Below the pieces are notes generated by a model. The model worked only from the letters and a program-made list of their open reading frames with translations, made no database searches and was not told the DNA's origin. This document shows positions 1 to 9,417 of a DNA stretch of 64,000 nt, piece by piece. Positions within the stretch are counted from its first letter, which is position 1. Every line of letters begins with the position of its first letter. The DNA is from a virus: the IMG/VR virus record IMGVR_UViG_3300031417_000358. One strand, given 5' to 3'. Made by a program: the position numbers and the translations under genes.

Positions 1-41
1 CGGTCGACACCTCCCGCCATCGGTTAATTCCTCAGTCCCTG

Positions 42-71
42 AAGCCCCGCCCGCGCGGGGCTTTTCTTTTT
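42..71 (+). terminator. Rho-independent terminator of an upstream gene
   Basis: AAGCCCCGC..GCGGGGCTT stem followed by a T-rich tract. Confidence 0.7.
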
Positions 72-280
72 CCGCCGGCGGCCGCGGAGCCAACTTTCAC
101 CAAAATACCGCCAGAAGCCGACGTGTTGGCAGCTTTTCAAGCAAGCCGCGCTTCGCGCTGCCTATACTGTCTGTGGCCACCGCAGATGTATTAGTTAACT
201 GTCTGACCAAGGTGGCGCAAAGTGGTTATATATGGTATACTACTTGCGTCCAACTATAACTTCGTGAGTGGTTTCGAGCC

Positions 281-715
281 ATGACCAACCCTGCTATGCG
301 CGTCCTGCCGGCTTTTGCCTGGCACATGTCTCACCTGCTGAGCTTCCAGCACGACGGCCGTGGCCTGCCGCGGCTGGGAAGTCCCCTGCTGGTGCTGATG
401 GTGGGGCTGAAGCTGGTGCTGACCTGCATGGTCGTCACCCAGCTGATGCCGGATGTGGGGATGGCCTTTGGCCTTGTGAAGTCGCTGTTGGCGGTTGTTG
501 CGCTGTATCTGTGCGCCTCCGTCACGCGACGGTTTTACGCGTTCTCGGGCTACCTGTTGCTGTGGTCGGGTGTGGATGTCGGATTGCTGGGCCTAAGCTT
601 GGTAGTGGACCGCGTCCCCGATGCCTTCATCACGACCTGCTATGCCTGGGGTCTTTCAGCTTTTATCGTGCTGCTCTTCCGAGCGGCGTCAGAACATGAA
701 AAAAACACAACTTAA
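281..715 (+). CDS. Integral membrane protein, unknown function
   Basis: 144 aa with about four hydrophobic segments; first gene of an apparent operon with the RNB and SLT genes. Confidence 0.7.
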   Translation: MTNPAMRVLPAFAWHMSHLLSFQHDGRGLPRLGSPLLVLMVGLKLVLTCMVVTQLMPDVGMAFGLVKSLLAVVALYLCASVTRRFYAFSGYLLLWSGVDVGLLGLSLVVDRVPDAFITTCYAWGLSAFIVLLFRAASEHEKNTT

Positions 716-751
716 TAATCTGGCGCATGCGCCCCTCTGGGAGGCGCGCTA

Positions 752-2770
752 ATGCTCCGTCGCAAAATCTTCTCTAACGACAGTCTCGACGACATCCTCC
801 TCAGCATGGACCCGCGCAGCCAGGGTCCGGCGCACCTGCCTGTCGCCAAGCCGCAAACCAAGACCGCGGCGCTGACCGGTACCGTTTCCCTCAATGCCCG
901 CGGCTTCGGCTTCATCGCTGCCGAGAACGGCGAAGCCTACTTCCTGCGTGCCAATCTCGCTCGCTTCCTGCTGACCGGCGACACCGTCCGCTTTCTGCCG
1001 CTCGACGGCAGCAGCGGTGACCGCGACAGCCGTGAAGCGCGCGCCCTGGTGTCCGTGTCCCGTCCGGCCGGACGCTTGCTGTGCGAAGTGCACCAGGTGG
1101 CCGACCTGCTGCACCTGGTTCCGGACGAGCCGTGCTTCCTTGCGCTGCAGTTCGAAAGCAATGACGTGAGCTTTGTCCCGGGTGACGTCGTCGCCGTGTC
1201 GGTGCCGAGTTACGACGGCGCCCCGGTGGCGCGCCCGCTGGCGGTGGTCGTCGAGCGCAACCTGGGCCCGCGTACCCGTCCCGGGTTCGACCTGGACTAT
1301 GCGCTCGTGCGTTACGCGTTCGACAACCGCATGCCTGAGGACCTCGAGCAGCTGCGCGCGGCGGGCACTGGCCACCTGGAGTGGCAAGGCGCCAACAGCG
1401 TACCGTTCGTCACCATCGATGGCGAGAGCACCCGCGACTTCGACGACGCGGTCTTCGGCCGCGCGTTGCCAGACGGCGGCTGGGAGGTCCAAGTGGCCAT
1501 CGCCGACGTCTCCTGGTATGTAGAGCAGGGCTCCGACCTTGACCAGTGGGCGGCCAAGCGCTGCACGTCGCTGTATTTGCCGGGTCGCACGCTGCCGATG
1601 TTGCCGGAAGGTCTGTCGACGGACCGCTGCTCGCTGGTGCCGGGCGCGCCGCGGCGCGCGGTGGTGCTCACCCTCGAGCTCGATACCGCCGGCAACGTGC
1701 GCTCGAGCAAGCTGGAGCGCACCCTCATCGAGTCCGCCGCCCGCCTGACGTACACCCAGGTCGCCGGCTACATGGCCGGCAAGCCGGACGTGCGCTTTTC
1801 CCTGCCGGTGGAACACAGCCTGCAGGTGCTCACCGACGTCTACCGCGTGCTCGCCGAGCGCCGCACGCAAGCGGGACGGCTCGAATTCGACGACCCGGAG
1901 CCGACCATGGTCCAGGCCGAAGACGGCACCTGGTCGCTGCGATGGGAGAGCCGCAACGACGCGCACAAGCTGGTGGAGGAGCTGATGCTCCTGGCGAACA
2001 CGACGGCCGCGTCGATGCTGGTGCGTCGGTACAATGCCGGACTGTTCCGGTGCCAGCCGGCGCCGGATGCGGCAGCCTGGGGCGAGCTCCAGGACTGGGC
2101 CCGGTCGAAGTCGCATGCGCTGCCGAACGTGCCGAGCCTGCGGTCGATGGCCGAGCTCGTTGCATCCCAGCCGAGCCCTGAAGCCCAGGCCGCGGCATCG
2201 CTCAAGATTCGCTCCACGATGCGTCCGGCGCGCTACGTCGTGCAGAACCGCCAAGAGCAAGGCGGCCACTTCTCGCTGAGCGTGGACTGGTACACCCACT
2301 TCACGAGCCCGATTCGCCGCTATGCAGACTTGCTGGTGCACCGGCTGCTGCTGGCGCCGGAAGGCTATCAGCTTACGGTCCAGGAATGGGAGACGCTGTC
2401 GGCCCAGGTGGCCCGCTGCTCCGAGCGGGCACAGGCTGCGCGCCTGGCTGAACGCATGGTTTGGGACCGGTTGAAGCTGCAGGGCTTCATGAGCGCGAAT
2501 ACCGTCGACGACGTCGTCCTTGCGCGCGTGGTGCGTACCAACCAGCGCGGCATGCGTGTGGTGCTGTCGGGCTGGCAGTGCAGCGCTTGGCTGCCGGGCG
2601 CCGACCTGCGCGCGAATGGCTACCAATGGACCGACGAGGTGTGGGTGAGCAACGAGCCGGCCACCGCACGGGTGCTGCACGAGGGCGTCCAGGTGTCGGT
2701 CTCCTGGACGTCGCTGTCCCTGACCCGACCTGCCTACCCGGAGCTGCAGGTCAAGTTGCAGCGGGGGTGA
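752..2770 (+). CDS. RNB-family 3'-5' exoribonuclease (RNase R/II-like)
   Basis: Cold-shock-like N-terminus (GFGFI), catalytic TIDGESTRDFDDA, HFTSPIRRYADLLVHR. Confidence 0.92.
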   Translation: MLRRKIFSNDSLDDILLSMDPRSQGPAHLPVAKPQTKTAALTGTVSLNARGFGFIAAENGEAYFLRANLARFLLTGDTVRFLPLDGSSGDRDSREARALVSVSRPAGRLLCEVHQVADLLHLVPDEPCFLALQFESNDVSFVPGDVVAVSVPSYDGAPVARPLAVVVERNLGPRTRPGFDLDYALVRYAFDNRMPEDLEQLRAAGTGHLEWQGANSVPFVTIDGESTRDFDDAVFGRALPDGGWEVQVAIADVSWYVEQGSDLDQWAAKRCTSLYLPGRTLPMLPEGLSTDRCSLVPGAPRRAVVLTLELDTAGNVRSSKLERTLIESAARLTYTQVAGYMAGKPDVRFSLPVEHSLQVLTDVYRVLAERRTQAGRLEFDDPEPTMVQAEDGTWSLRWESRNDAHKLVEELMLLANTTAASMLVRRYNAGLFRCQPAPDAAAWGELQDWARSKSHALPNVPSLRSMAELVASQPSPEAQAAASLKIRSTMRPARYVVQNRQEQGGHFSLSVDWYTHFTSPIRRYADLLVHRLLLAPEGYQLTVQEWETLSAQVARCSERAQAARLAERMVWDRLKLQGFMSANTVDDVVLARVVRTNQRGMRVVLSGWQCSAWLPGADLRANGYQWTDEVWVSNEPATARVLHEGVQVSVSWTSLSLTRPAYPELQVKLQRG

Positions 2771-2773
2771 CCG

Positions 2774-3457
2774 ATGGCTACAACTCTCGCACGAACAGCG
2801 ACACTCTCGACGCGCCTGACGAGTCTGCTCTACGGGGCGCTCATGTCGGCCGTTGCCCTGGCCAGCGTCCCAGGGCTGCATTACACGACAAAGGGTAATT
2901 ACGAGGCGGAGCCTACCGCCGAGGCCCGGCCGGTGCCGCAGCCGCAGCCGCAGCCGCGTGTGGCGCCACGCCAGGCGGGCGGCATCAGCCAGCCCGTGCT
3001 GGCCTCCTATCTGGCGCGGGAATGGAGCCTGGGTCGTGGATATGCCACTCAGGTTGCATCCGCCATGCTGTCCTCATCCAAACGCCATGGCGTGGACCCC
3101 TTCCTGCTGATGGCCGTGGCCGCGGCGGAGTCCTCATTTCAGCATTCGGTCGGCAATCCGGATGGGGGTTTCGACCCGATGAAGCCGTTCGGCATCATGC
3201 AGGTGGCAGGGCAGTTCCACCCGGACAAGTTCCCCGGCGGCCAGGTCAAGCCGACTTCGGTCGTGGAGAATGTCGACATCGGCGCGCGCGTACTCAAGGA
3301 ATATCTGGTCTCCGAACGGGGTAATGAGCGCCGCGCTCTGCTGCGCTACAACGGTTCCCTGCACGTGAGCGATAAATATTTTCAGAAGGTGAACCGGTTC
3401 AAGCAACGCTTGCTGCGCGGGCTGCGCGGTACCCCGAGCGACGAGGAGGCATCCTAA
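2774..3457 (+). CDS. Lytic transglycosylase (SLT domain) with N-terminal hydrophobic segment
   Basis: AVAAAESSF (catalytic Glu), FGIMQV, ALLRYNG. Confidence 0.85.
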   Translation: MATTLARTATLSTRLTSLLYGALMSAVALASVPGLHYTTKGNYEAEPTAEARPVPQPQPQPRVAPRQAGGISQPVLASYLAREWSLGRGYATQVASAMLSSSKRHGVDPFLLMAVAAAESSFQHSVGNPDGGFDPMKPFGIMQVAGQFHPDKFPGGQVKPTSVVENVDIGARVLKEYLVSERGNERRALLRYNGSLHVSDKYFQKVNRFKQRLLRGLRGTPSDEEAS

Positions 3458-3487
3458 AGCTTTGATGTAAAAGGCATTTAACGGTAT

Positions 3488-3515
3488 ACGGCAGCTCAAT
3501 CGGGCTGCCGTTTTT
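3488..3515 (+). terminator. Rho-independent terminator
   Basis: ACGGCAGCTC-AATC-GGGCTGCCGT followed by T tract, downstream of the SLT gene. Confidence 0.75.
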
Positions 3516-3657
3516 CATTTGCGGACTCCAGTAAATACAAGCGGCAGTGTGAATATTCTCATTTTGCACTTGCATAAATGCGATTACATGCTATACTAAG
3601 TCATCTCGTAGCCAAACAGCGCTGCGACGAGTAACCAAACCTGGAGTATTTCAGAAA

Positions 3658-3948
3658 ATGAGCACCCCGACTTTCAACATGAAAGACCTGTCCGATGCCG
3701 TCGCCGAGCGCTTCGAGCTGACCCACCAAGCCGGCGCCGACATCGCCCGCTTCGTGTTCGACCGCATCAAGGATGAACTGACCGCTGGCAAACAAGTCCG
3801 CCTGCACAAATTCGGTACCCTGGAAGCCAACCAGCGCGCCGCCGGCGTCGCCCGCAATCCGGTCACTGGCGACCGCATCACCGTGCCGTCGCGCCGTGTG
3901 GTCAAGCTGACCGTTTCGCCGGCCCTGAAAGGCCAGCTGAACAAATAA
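3658..3948 (+). CDS. hup: HU/IHF-family histone-like DNA-binding protein
   Basis: VRLHKFGTLE, ARNPVTGDRITVP, LKGQLN. Confidence 0.92.
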   Translation: MSTPTFNMKDLSDAVAERFELTHQAGADIARFVFDRIKDELTAGKQVRLHKFGTLEANQRAAGVARNPVTGDRITVPSRRVVKLTVSPALKGQLNK

Positions 3949-4062
3949 TTCGGCGAAGTCCGCGCCCGCAACGCACAGCGTGCGGGCATCATGAAGTTTT
4001 ACGCTATACGGTTTGGTCAACACAATAACTGTTGACATTCCTGTCTTAATAGAAAGATTCAA

Positions 4063-5019
4063 ATGAACAAATTCAATAAACTGTCCGGCGCCATCCTGGT
4101 CGCCCTGCTGGCAACTGCAACCGCACAAGCTGCCCCAACCTTCTACGGCAACATCGACATGGGCGTGACCAGCGCTTCGGTCAACGGCAAGAACGTGTCC
4201 CGCGTCGACAACGGCAGCTCGAGCGCCAGCCTCTACGGCATTCGCGGCACCGAAGACCTGGGCGGCGGCCTGCAAGCCATCTTCCAGCTGGAAGGCTCGT
4301 TCAAGGGCGACGACGGCTCGCAAGGCATGACCAACACGCCCTTCAACCGTGACACCTTCGTCGGTCTGACCAACGGTACCCACACCGTCAAGCTGGGTCG
4401 CCTGAAGACCCTGAACCGCGCCGTCGTGCTCGAGTACGATGCGTTCAACGCGTCGGCATGGGGTATCGCGATGTCGGCCATGGACCAGAACGGCAACTTC
4501 GCTGCCAACTCGGCCCAATACGACTACACCGGCCACGGCGTGAAAGTCAGCTACCAGCACACCGCCGGCGAAGTCGCCGAAGGTGGCATCCAGACCGGCT
4601 CGAGCGACTCCGCATCGGTTCGTTACGCCAATGGCCCGCTGTCGGCTACCCTGGTCCACACCCGCGTCGACGACGCTGCGCCGCTGTCGGCCAGCACCAC
4701 CAATACCATGGTCGGCGCCGGCTACGACTTCGGTGTCGTGAAGACCACCGTGATGTACCAGAACTCGAACGCCAACAAGGCCAACCCGGTCGACAGCCGC
4801 TTCGTGGTGAGCGCCGTGGCCCCGGTGGCCTCGAACGTGAACATCATGGCACAGGCTGGCCAGGTCAAGCTGGCAAACGGCGACAAGGTGACCCTCGCTG
4901 CCATCGGCGGCCAGTACATCCTGTCGAAGCGTACCAACCTGTACGCCTCGCTGAACCGCAACGAAATCCCGGGCCAGGACGGCCACGCGCTGACCGCCGG
5001 CATCCGTCACCAGTTCTAA
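4063..5019 (+). CDS. Gram-negative general porin
   Basis: Sec signal; FYGNIDMG, GIRGTEDLGGGLQAIFQLE, YILSKRTNLYA, C-terminal GIRHQF. Confidence 0.92.
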   Translation: MNKFNKLSGAILVALLATATAQAAPTFYGNIDMGVTSASVNGKNVSRVDNGSSSASLYGIRGTEDLGGGLQAIFQLEGSFKGDDGSQGMTNTPFNRDTFVGLTNGTHTVKLGRLKTLNRAVVLEYDAFNASAWGIAMSAMDQNGNFAANSAQYDYTGHGVKVSYQHTAGEVAEGGIQTGSSDSASVRYANGPLSATLVHTRVDDAAPLSASTTNTMVGAGYDFGVVKTTVMYQNSNANKANPVDSRFVVSAVAPVASNVNIMAQAGQVKLANGDKVTLAAIGGQYILSKRTNLYASLNRNEIPGQDGHALTAGIRHQF

Positions 5020-5027
5020 GCAATCCC

Positions 5028-5115
5028 GGGGCTACGTTAGACACGTAGCCCCGCTAACCAGGTGCTGCGCATGTCGTGCAGCACCTACCACTCGGGGCCT
5101 CTCATGAGGAGGTCC
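5028..5115 (+). other. Three consecutive stem-loops between porin and amidase genes
   Basis: 9-bp stems at 5028-5052 and 5060-5086, 7-bp stem at 5095-5115; no U tract. Confidence 0.6.
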
Positions 5116-5144
5116 TGCAACCTAGAAATTAAAGTAACACTGAA

Positions 5145-6617
5145 ATGCAAAACTCCCGTCGTACCTTCCTGAAGACCTCCGCTGCTGGCGCAGTAACCGC
5201 AGCAGCTGCCGGCTCGGCGCTGGCAAAAGGCAACACCGCAATCCCGGCTGGTCCGGCTTCCCAGGCAGACGTCGCACAACCGGCGGCTGTCATCGAGAAA
5301 AAGCTGGCCAATGGCGAGATTTCGGCACGTGCTATCGTCGAGCGCAACCTGGCGAACATCGCGAATCCGGACGGCGAAGGCAAGCGCGCCTTCGTGAAAG
5401 TGAACGTCGAGCAAGCTCGTGCAGCTGCTGACGCCATCGACCTGCAGCGCAAAGCCGGCCTGCCGCTGGGCCCCCTGGCTGGCCTGACCATCGGCGTCAA
5501 GGACCTGTTCGACACCAAGGGTGACGTTACCCTGGACGGCACCATCGTCATGGCCAAGAACGCCCCGGCAACCGCCGACGCGACCGCTATCGCCCGCCTG
5601 CGCAAAGCCGGCGCCATCATCATCGGCCGCAACACCATGGTCGAAGCTGCTTACTCGGGCATGGGCACCAACAGCCACTACGGCACCCCGAAGAACCCGT
5701 ATGACCGTGCAACCGGCCGTATCCCGGGCGGCTCGACCTCGGGCGGCGCCGTGGCAGTTGCCGACGGCATGGCCTTCGCTGCCATCGGTTCGGACACCGG
5801 CGGCTCGGCACGTATCCCGGCTGCGCTGTGCGGTCTGGCCGGCTTCAAGTCGTCGCAGTTCCGTATCCCGCTGGATGGCGCCGTGCCGCTGTCGACCACC
5901 CTGGACTCGGTGGGCCCGATTGGCCGCACCGTCGCTGACCTGATTCTGCTGGACGCAGTCATGGCCGGCGAAGCCGAAACCACCCTGACCCCGGTTCCGC
6001 TGAAGGGCGTGCGTTTCCTGCTGCCGACCAACTACATGCTGGACGGCGTGACCGACGAAGTGCGTCACTGCTTCGAGCGTGCCGTGGCTCGCATCAAGGC
6101 CCTGGGCGCAACCGTCGTCGAGATGGACCTGCCCCTGCTGAACAAGGCCGGCACCGTCAACCCGAAGGGCACCCTGGCTGCGGTCGAAGGCCACAACGTG
6201 CATCGCAAGTACCTGGAAGCGTCGCCGGAACAGTACGACCCGCGCGTCGTGAAGCGTATTCTGCCGGGCGCCAACATCAAGGGTATCGACTACGCGCAGA
6301 CCCTGAAGAACGTCGCCGAGTTCGGCCGCGACATGACCGCAGCTCTGGCTGGCTTCGACGGCCTGATTTCGCCCACCGTCGTCGACATCGCTCCGACCAT
6401 CGCCGAAGTCACCGCGAACGAAGACGAGTACTACCGCTTCAACGGCCGCATGCTGCGCAACTGCTCGGTCGCCAACCTCATCGACGGCTGCGGTATCTCG
6501 GTACCGTGCCACGCCGAAGGCAAGGCACCGGTCGGCTTCATGGTGACTGGCGTGCGCGGCTCCGACCGTCGCGTGCTGGCCATCGGCCTGTCGCTGGAAG
6601 CAGCTTTCCGCGGCTAA
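5145..6617 (+). CDS. Amidase-signature family enzyme with Tat signal peptide
   Basis: SRRTFLK twin-arginine motif; KDLFD, GGSTSG, GSDTGGSARIPA. Confidence 0.92.
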   Translation: MQNSRRTFLKTSAAGAVTAAAAGSALAKGNTAIPAGPASQADVAQPAAVIEKKLANGEISARAIVERNLANIANPDGEGKRAFVKVNVEQARAAADAIDLQRKAGLPLGPLAGLTIGVKDLFDTKGDVTLDGTIVMAKNAPATADATAIARLRKAGAIIIGRNTMVEAAYSGMGTNSHYGTPKNPYDRATGRIPGGSTSGGAVAVADGMAFAAIGSDTGGSARIPAALCGLAGFKSSQFRIPLDGAVPLSTTLDSVGPIGRTVADLILLDAVMAGEAETTLTPVPLKGVRFLLPTNYMLDGVTDEVRHCFERAVARIKALGATVVEMDLPLLNKAGTVNPKGTLAAVEGHNVHRKYLEASPEQYDPRVVKRILPGANIKGIDYAQTLKNVAEFGRDMTAALAGFDGLISPTVVDIAPTIAEVTANEDEYYRFNGRMLRNCSVANLIDGCGISVPCHAEGKAPVGFMVTGVRGSDRRVLAIGLSLEAAFRG

Positions 6618-6731
6618 TCCAGTGTAAGTGAGGCGGGGAGGCTGGCCAGGACAGGCGGTCTCCCCGCTTTTCATACCTCAACAACAAGTGTCAAAATTGC
6701 AGGGCGTGCGCGCTCTGCCGGGGAGTAAAAA

Positions 6732-6944
6732 ATGGGTTCAATGAGTATCATGCACTGGGGCATCGTGCTGGTTATCGTGATGCTGCTGTTCGGCACCAAG
6801 AAACTGACCAGCGCCGGTAGCGACCTGGGCAAAGCCATCAAGGGCTTCAAGGACGGCGTCAACGGCGCCGACGAGCCGACCGGCACCGCCCCGGTGGCCG
6901 CCAAGGCCATCACGGCCGGCGAGCCGCAGGCTGAAGCCAAGTAA
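6732..6944 (+). CDS. tatA: Twin-arginine translocase subunit TatA/E
   Basis: [30 protein letters not shown]. Confidence 0.92.
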   Translation: MGSMSIMHWGIVLVIVMLLFGTKKLTSAGSDLGKAIKGFKDGVNGADEPTGTAPVAAKAITAGEPQAEAK

Positions 6945-6958
6945 GGGGCACGCCCCTC

Positions 6959-6997
6959 AAAAAAGCCCGAGAGTCATCCTCTCGGGCTTTTTGTTTT
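6959..6997. terminator. Bidirectional Rho-independent terminator
   Basis: A tract, AGCCCGAGAG..CTCTCGGGCT stem, T tract. Confidence 0.8.
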
Positions 6998-7047
6998 CTG
7001 CAGTAGTTCTGCCCAATCCAGTAAATCCTCATGAATGTAAAATGCTC

Positions 7048-7076
7048 TTGCAAATAACGCTAATTTTTGATATACT
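7048..7076 (+). promoter_or_regulatory. Sigma70-type promoter of the MCP gene
   Basis: TTGCAA-17 bp-TATACT with TG extension. Confidence 0.6.
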
Positions 7077-7188
7077 ACGGTTTCAGTTAAGGTAGCAAGG
7101 CGGTTCAGACTCCTCGGTGCGAGGGTACTGCAGCTGTGTGTACTTGTCGACCTGCGGCTAACTCAATCCATAACGGAGGACATATACG

Positions 7189-8733
7189 ATGAAACGCTTG
7201 ACCCTGAATGCAAAGGCCTGGGTATCGATGGGGATTCTGTGGGGCAGCCTGCTGTCCCTGGGTGCTTATGACGCCGTGCAGGTGCGTAACACCATGCTGC
7301 ACGACCGTGAGACTACCTTGGACAGCGTGCTGGACGCAGCCAAGAACATCGTCGCGGGCTACCAGGCCCAGGCCGATTCCGGCGCCATTACCAAGGAAGA
7401 CGCGCAGACCCGCGCCCTGGCTGAGCTGAAGAAGATGAAGTACGGTGACATGGGCTATGTCTATGTCAGCAACACCAAGCCGGTGGTTCTGATGCACCCG
7501 GCTCGCCCAGAATTCGTTGGCAAAGACGCCACCAATATGCTCGACCCGACCGGCAAGGCTACGTACGTCGAGACGTCCAAGATGGCAAAAGAGCACGGCC
7601 GCGGCTATGTCGACATGATGTTCCCGCGTCCAGGGCAGACGGTAGCCGTTCCCAAGCGTGTGGCTGTGCGCTACGTCGAGCAGTGGGACTGGGTCATCCT
7701 GTCCGGGCTGTACCTGGACGACATCCAGGCCGACTTCCGCCGCGACCTGCTGACGCATGCCCTGGCCTCGATGCTGCTGGCCGGTATCTCGTCCCTGGTG
7801 CTGTTCGCCATCATGCGTAACATCCGCAAGGAGCTCGGTGGTGAGCCGGCGTATGCCGCCGAGGTGGCTGAGCGCATCTCGCAGGGCGACCTGACCGTAC
7901 CGGTGCTGCTGGCGCCGAACGACAACCAGAGCATGCTGCATGCCATGTCGGCGATGCAGTCGAACCTGCGCAAGCTCGTCGGCCAGATTCACCAGGGCGC
8001 CGAGGCCATCGCGGCCGGCGCCGAGGAAATCGCTCACGGCAACTCGGACCTGTCCATTCGCACTGAAACTGCCGCTGCTGCACTGGAAGAGACCGCCTCG
8101 AGCGTCGACGAGATGACCTTGACGGTTCGCCAGACGGCAGATAACGCCCGCCACGCCAACCAGCTGGCCCAGGCGGCGTCAACGACGGCCGTGAAAGGCG
8201 GTGAAGTGGTCGGCCAGGTCGTGGACACCATGCGCCATATCGAAGAGGAGTCCAAGCGCATCGTCGACATCACCGGCGTCATTGAGGGCATCGCCTTCCA
8301 GACCAACATCCTGGCGCTGAATGCTGCCGTGGAGGCGGCACGAGCCGGTGAGCAAGGTCGCGGCTTCGCCGTCGTGGCCTCCGAAGTGCGAGCGCTGGCC
8401 CAGCGCAGTGCTACGGCGTCCGCTGAAATCAAGAAGCTCATCGGTGCCTCGGTAGCGACCGTACAGGAAGGGTCGGTGCTGGTGGACGAAGCCGGCAAGA
8501 CGATGACCGACGTCGTGGCCTCGGTGCAGAAGGTGACAAGCATCGTGACCGACATCTCGGCAGCCACGGCAGAGCAGAGCCTGGGTCTGACGCAGGTGAA
8601 TGAAGCGGTGACTCAGATGGACAACGCGACCCAGCAGAATGCGGCACTGGTGGAAGAAGCAGCGGCTGCAGCGCAGTCCCTGCATGAGCAGGTTCAGCAG
8701 ATGCGCAACACGGTTGCAATGTTCAGGATGTAA
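7189..8733 (+). CDS. Methyl-accepting chemotaxis protein with Cache-type periplasmic sensor
   Basis: Two TM segments; [40 protein letters not shown]; YG..GYVYV..LMHP sensor motif. Confidence 0.95.
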   Translation: MKRLTLNAKAWVSMGILWGSLLSLGAYDAVQVRNTMLHDRETTLDSVLDAAKNIVAGYQAQADSGAITKEDAQTRALAELKKMKYGDMGYVYVSNTKPVVLMHPARPEFVGKDATNMLDPTGKATYVETSKMAKEHGRGYVDMMFPRPGQTVAVPKRVAVRYVEQWDWVILSGLYLDDIQADFRRDLLTHALASMLLAGISSLVLFAIMRNIRKELGGEPAYAAEVAERISQGDLTVPVLLAPNDNQSMLHAMSAMQSNLRKLVGQIHQGAEAIAAGAEEIAHGNSDLSIRTETAAAALEETASSVDEMTLTVRQTADNARHANQLAQAASTTAVKGGEVVGQVVDTMRHIEEESKRIVDITGVIEGIAFQTNILALNAAVEAARAGEQGRGFAVVASEVRALAQRSATASAEIKKLIGASVATVQEGSVLVDEAGKTMTDVVASVQKVTSIVTDISAATAEQSLGLTQVNEAVTQMDNATQQNAALVEEAAAAAQSLHEQVQQMRNTVAMFRM

Positions 8734-8790
8734 CAACCGAGCCGCCCCGGCCGGATGTCCGGGGCAATTGTGGAAATAGGAGAGTATGTA

Positions 8791-8997
8791 ATGCGAAATC
8801 TGAAAACTGTGGCACTTGCAATCGTGGCTGGCGCTATCCTGGCAGCTTGCGGCAGCACCGAACCGGCACAGCGCCCGGCGACCGCATCGAATATCAGCCT
8901 GCTGACGGCGGACCAGGTCGCGGTACTGGCCGGCGACACCGACGACTCGGTAGTGCGCGACGCAGTCGATGGCGGCAAGGTCGTCAGCCTGAAGTAA
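8791..8997 (+). CDS. Small lipoprotein (68 aa)
   Basis: RBS AGGAGA; lipobox LAAC; start placed at ATG 8791. Confidence 0.75.
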   Translation: MRNLKTVALAIVAGAILAACGSTEPAQRPATASNISLLTADQVAVLAGDTDDSVVRDAVDGGKVVSLK

Positions 8998-9069
8998 GTC
9001 ACCACCAGCCGCTAGCCAATTACCTATTTGGCAGCTTCTACGCCGCCGACTGATTGCCTGTTAGACATC

Positions 9070-9100
9070 AAAAAAAAGCCCACGCAATGTGGGCTTTTTT
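9070..9100. terminator. Bidirectional terminator
   Basis: A tract, GCCCAC-GCAAT-GTGGGC stem, T tract. Confidence 0.8.
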
Positions 9101-9417
9101 GCATTAAACCAGGCATGCCTAAATGCCCAGTACTGCTGCTGATTTGGCATGTGCAGAACGCACAACTACCGATTCAGTGTTGCCGGTGCGCAACATCAAA
9201 TTCGTCAATTTTAGCCAAAGAATCCAGATTGCCTAAAGTTTTCCGGCGAGGTGGCCGTTAGCCTGCCCTGTAACGGCGCGGGAATGTTCGCCTAAGAGGA
9301 AAAAAGTTGGTAAATAAAGTGTTGATTTTGCTACGACTTTTAGTGAATGCGGTTGTTGCCCAGAATGTGTCGATTTCTTGTGGCATTTGCGAAAAACCGG
9401 TAGTCTTTCTTTCTTAG

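Noticed and set aside
749-6674. Long antisense ORFs (749-2881, 3601-5010, 5085-6674 and similar ones throughout the window)
   Set aside because: They are shadows of recognisable genes on the opposite strand, typical of GC-rich codon bias, and have no motifs or RBS
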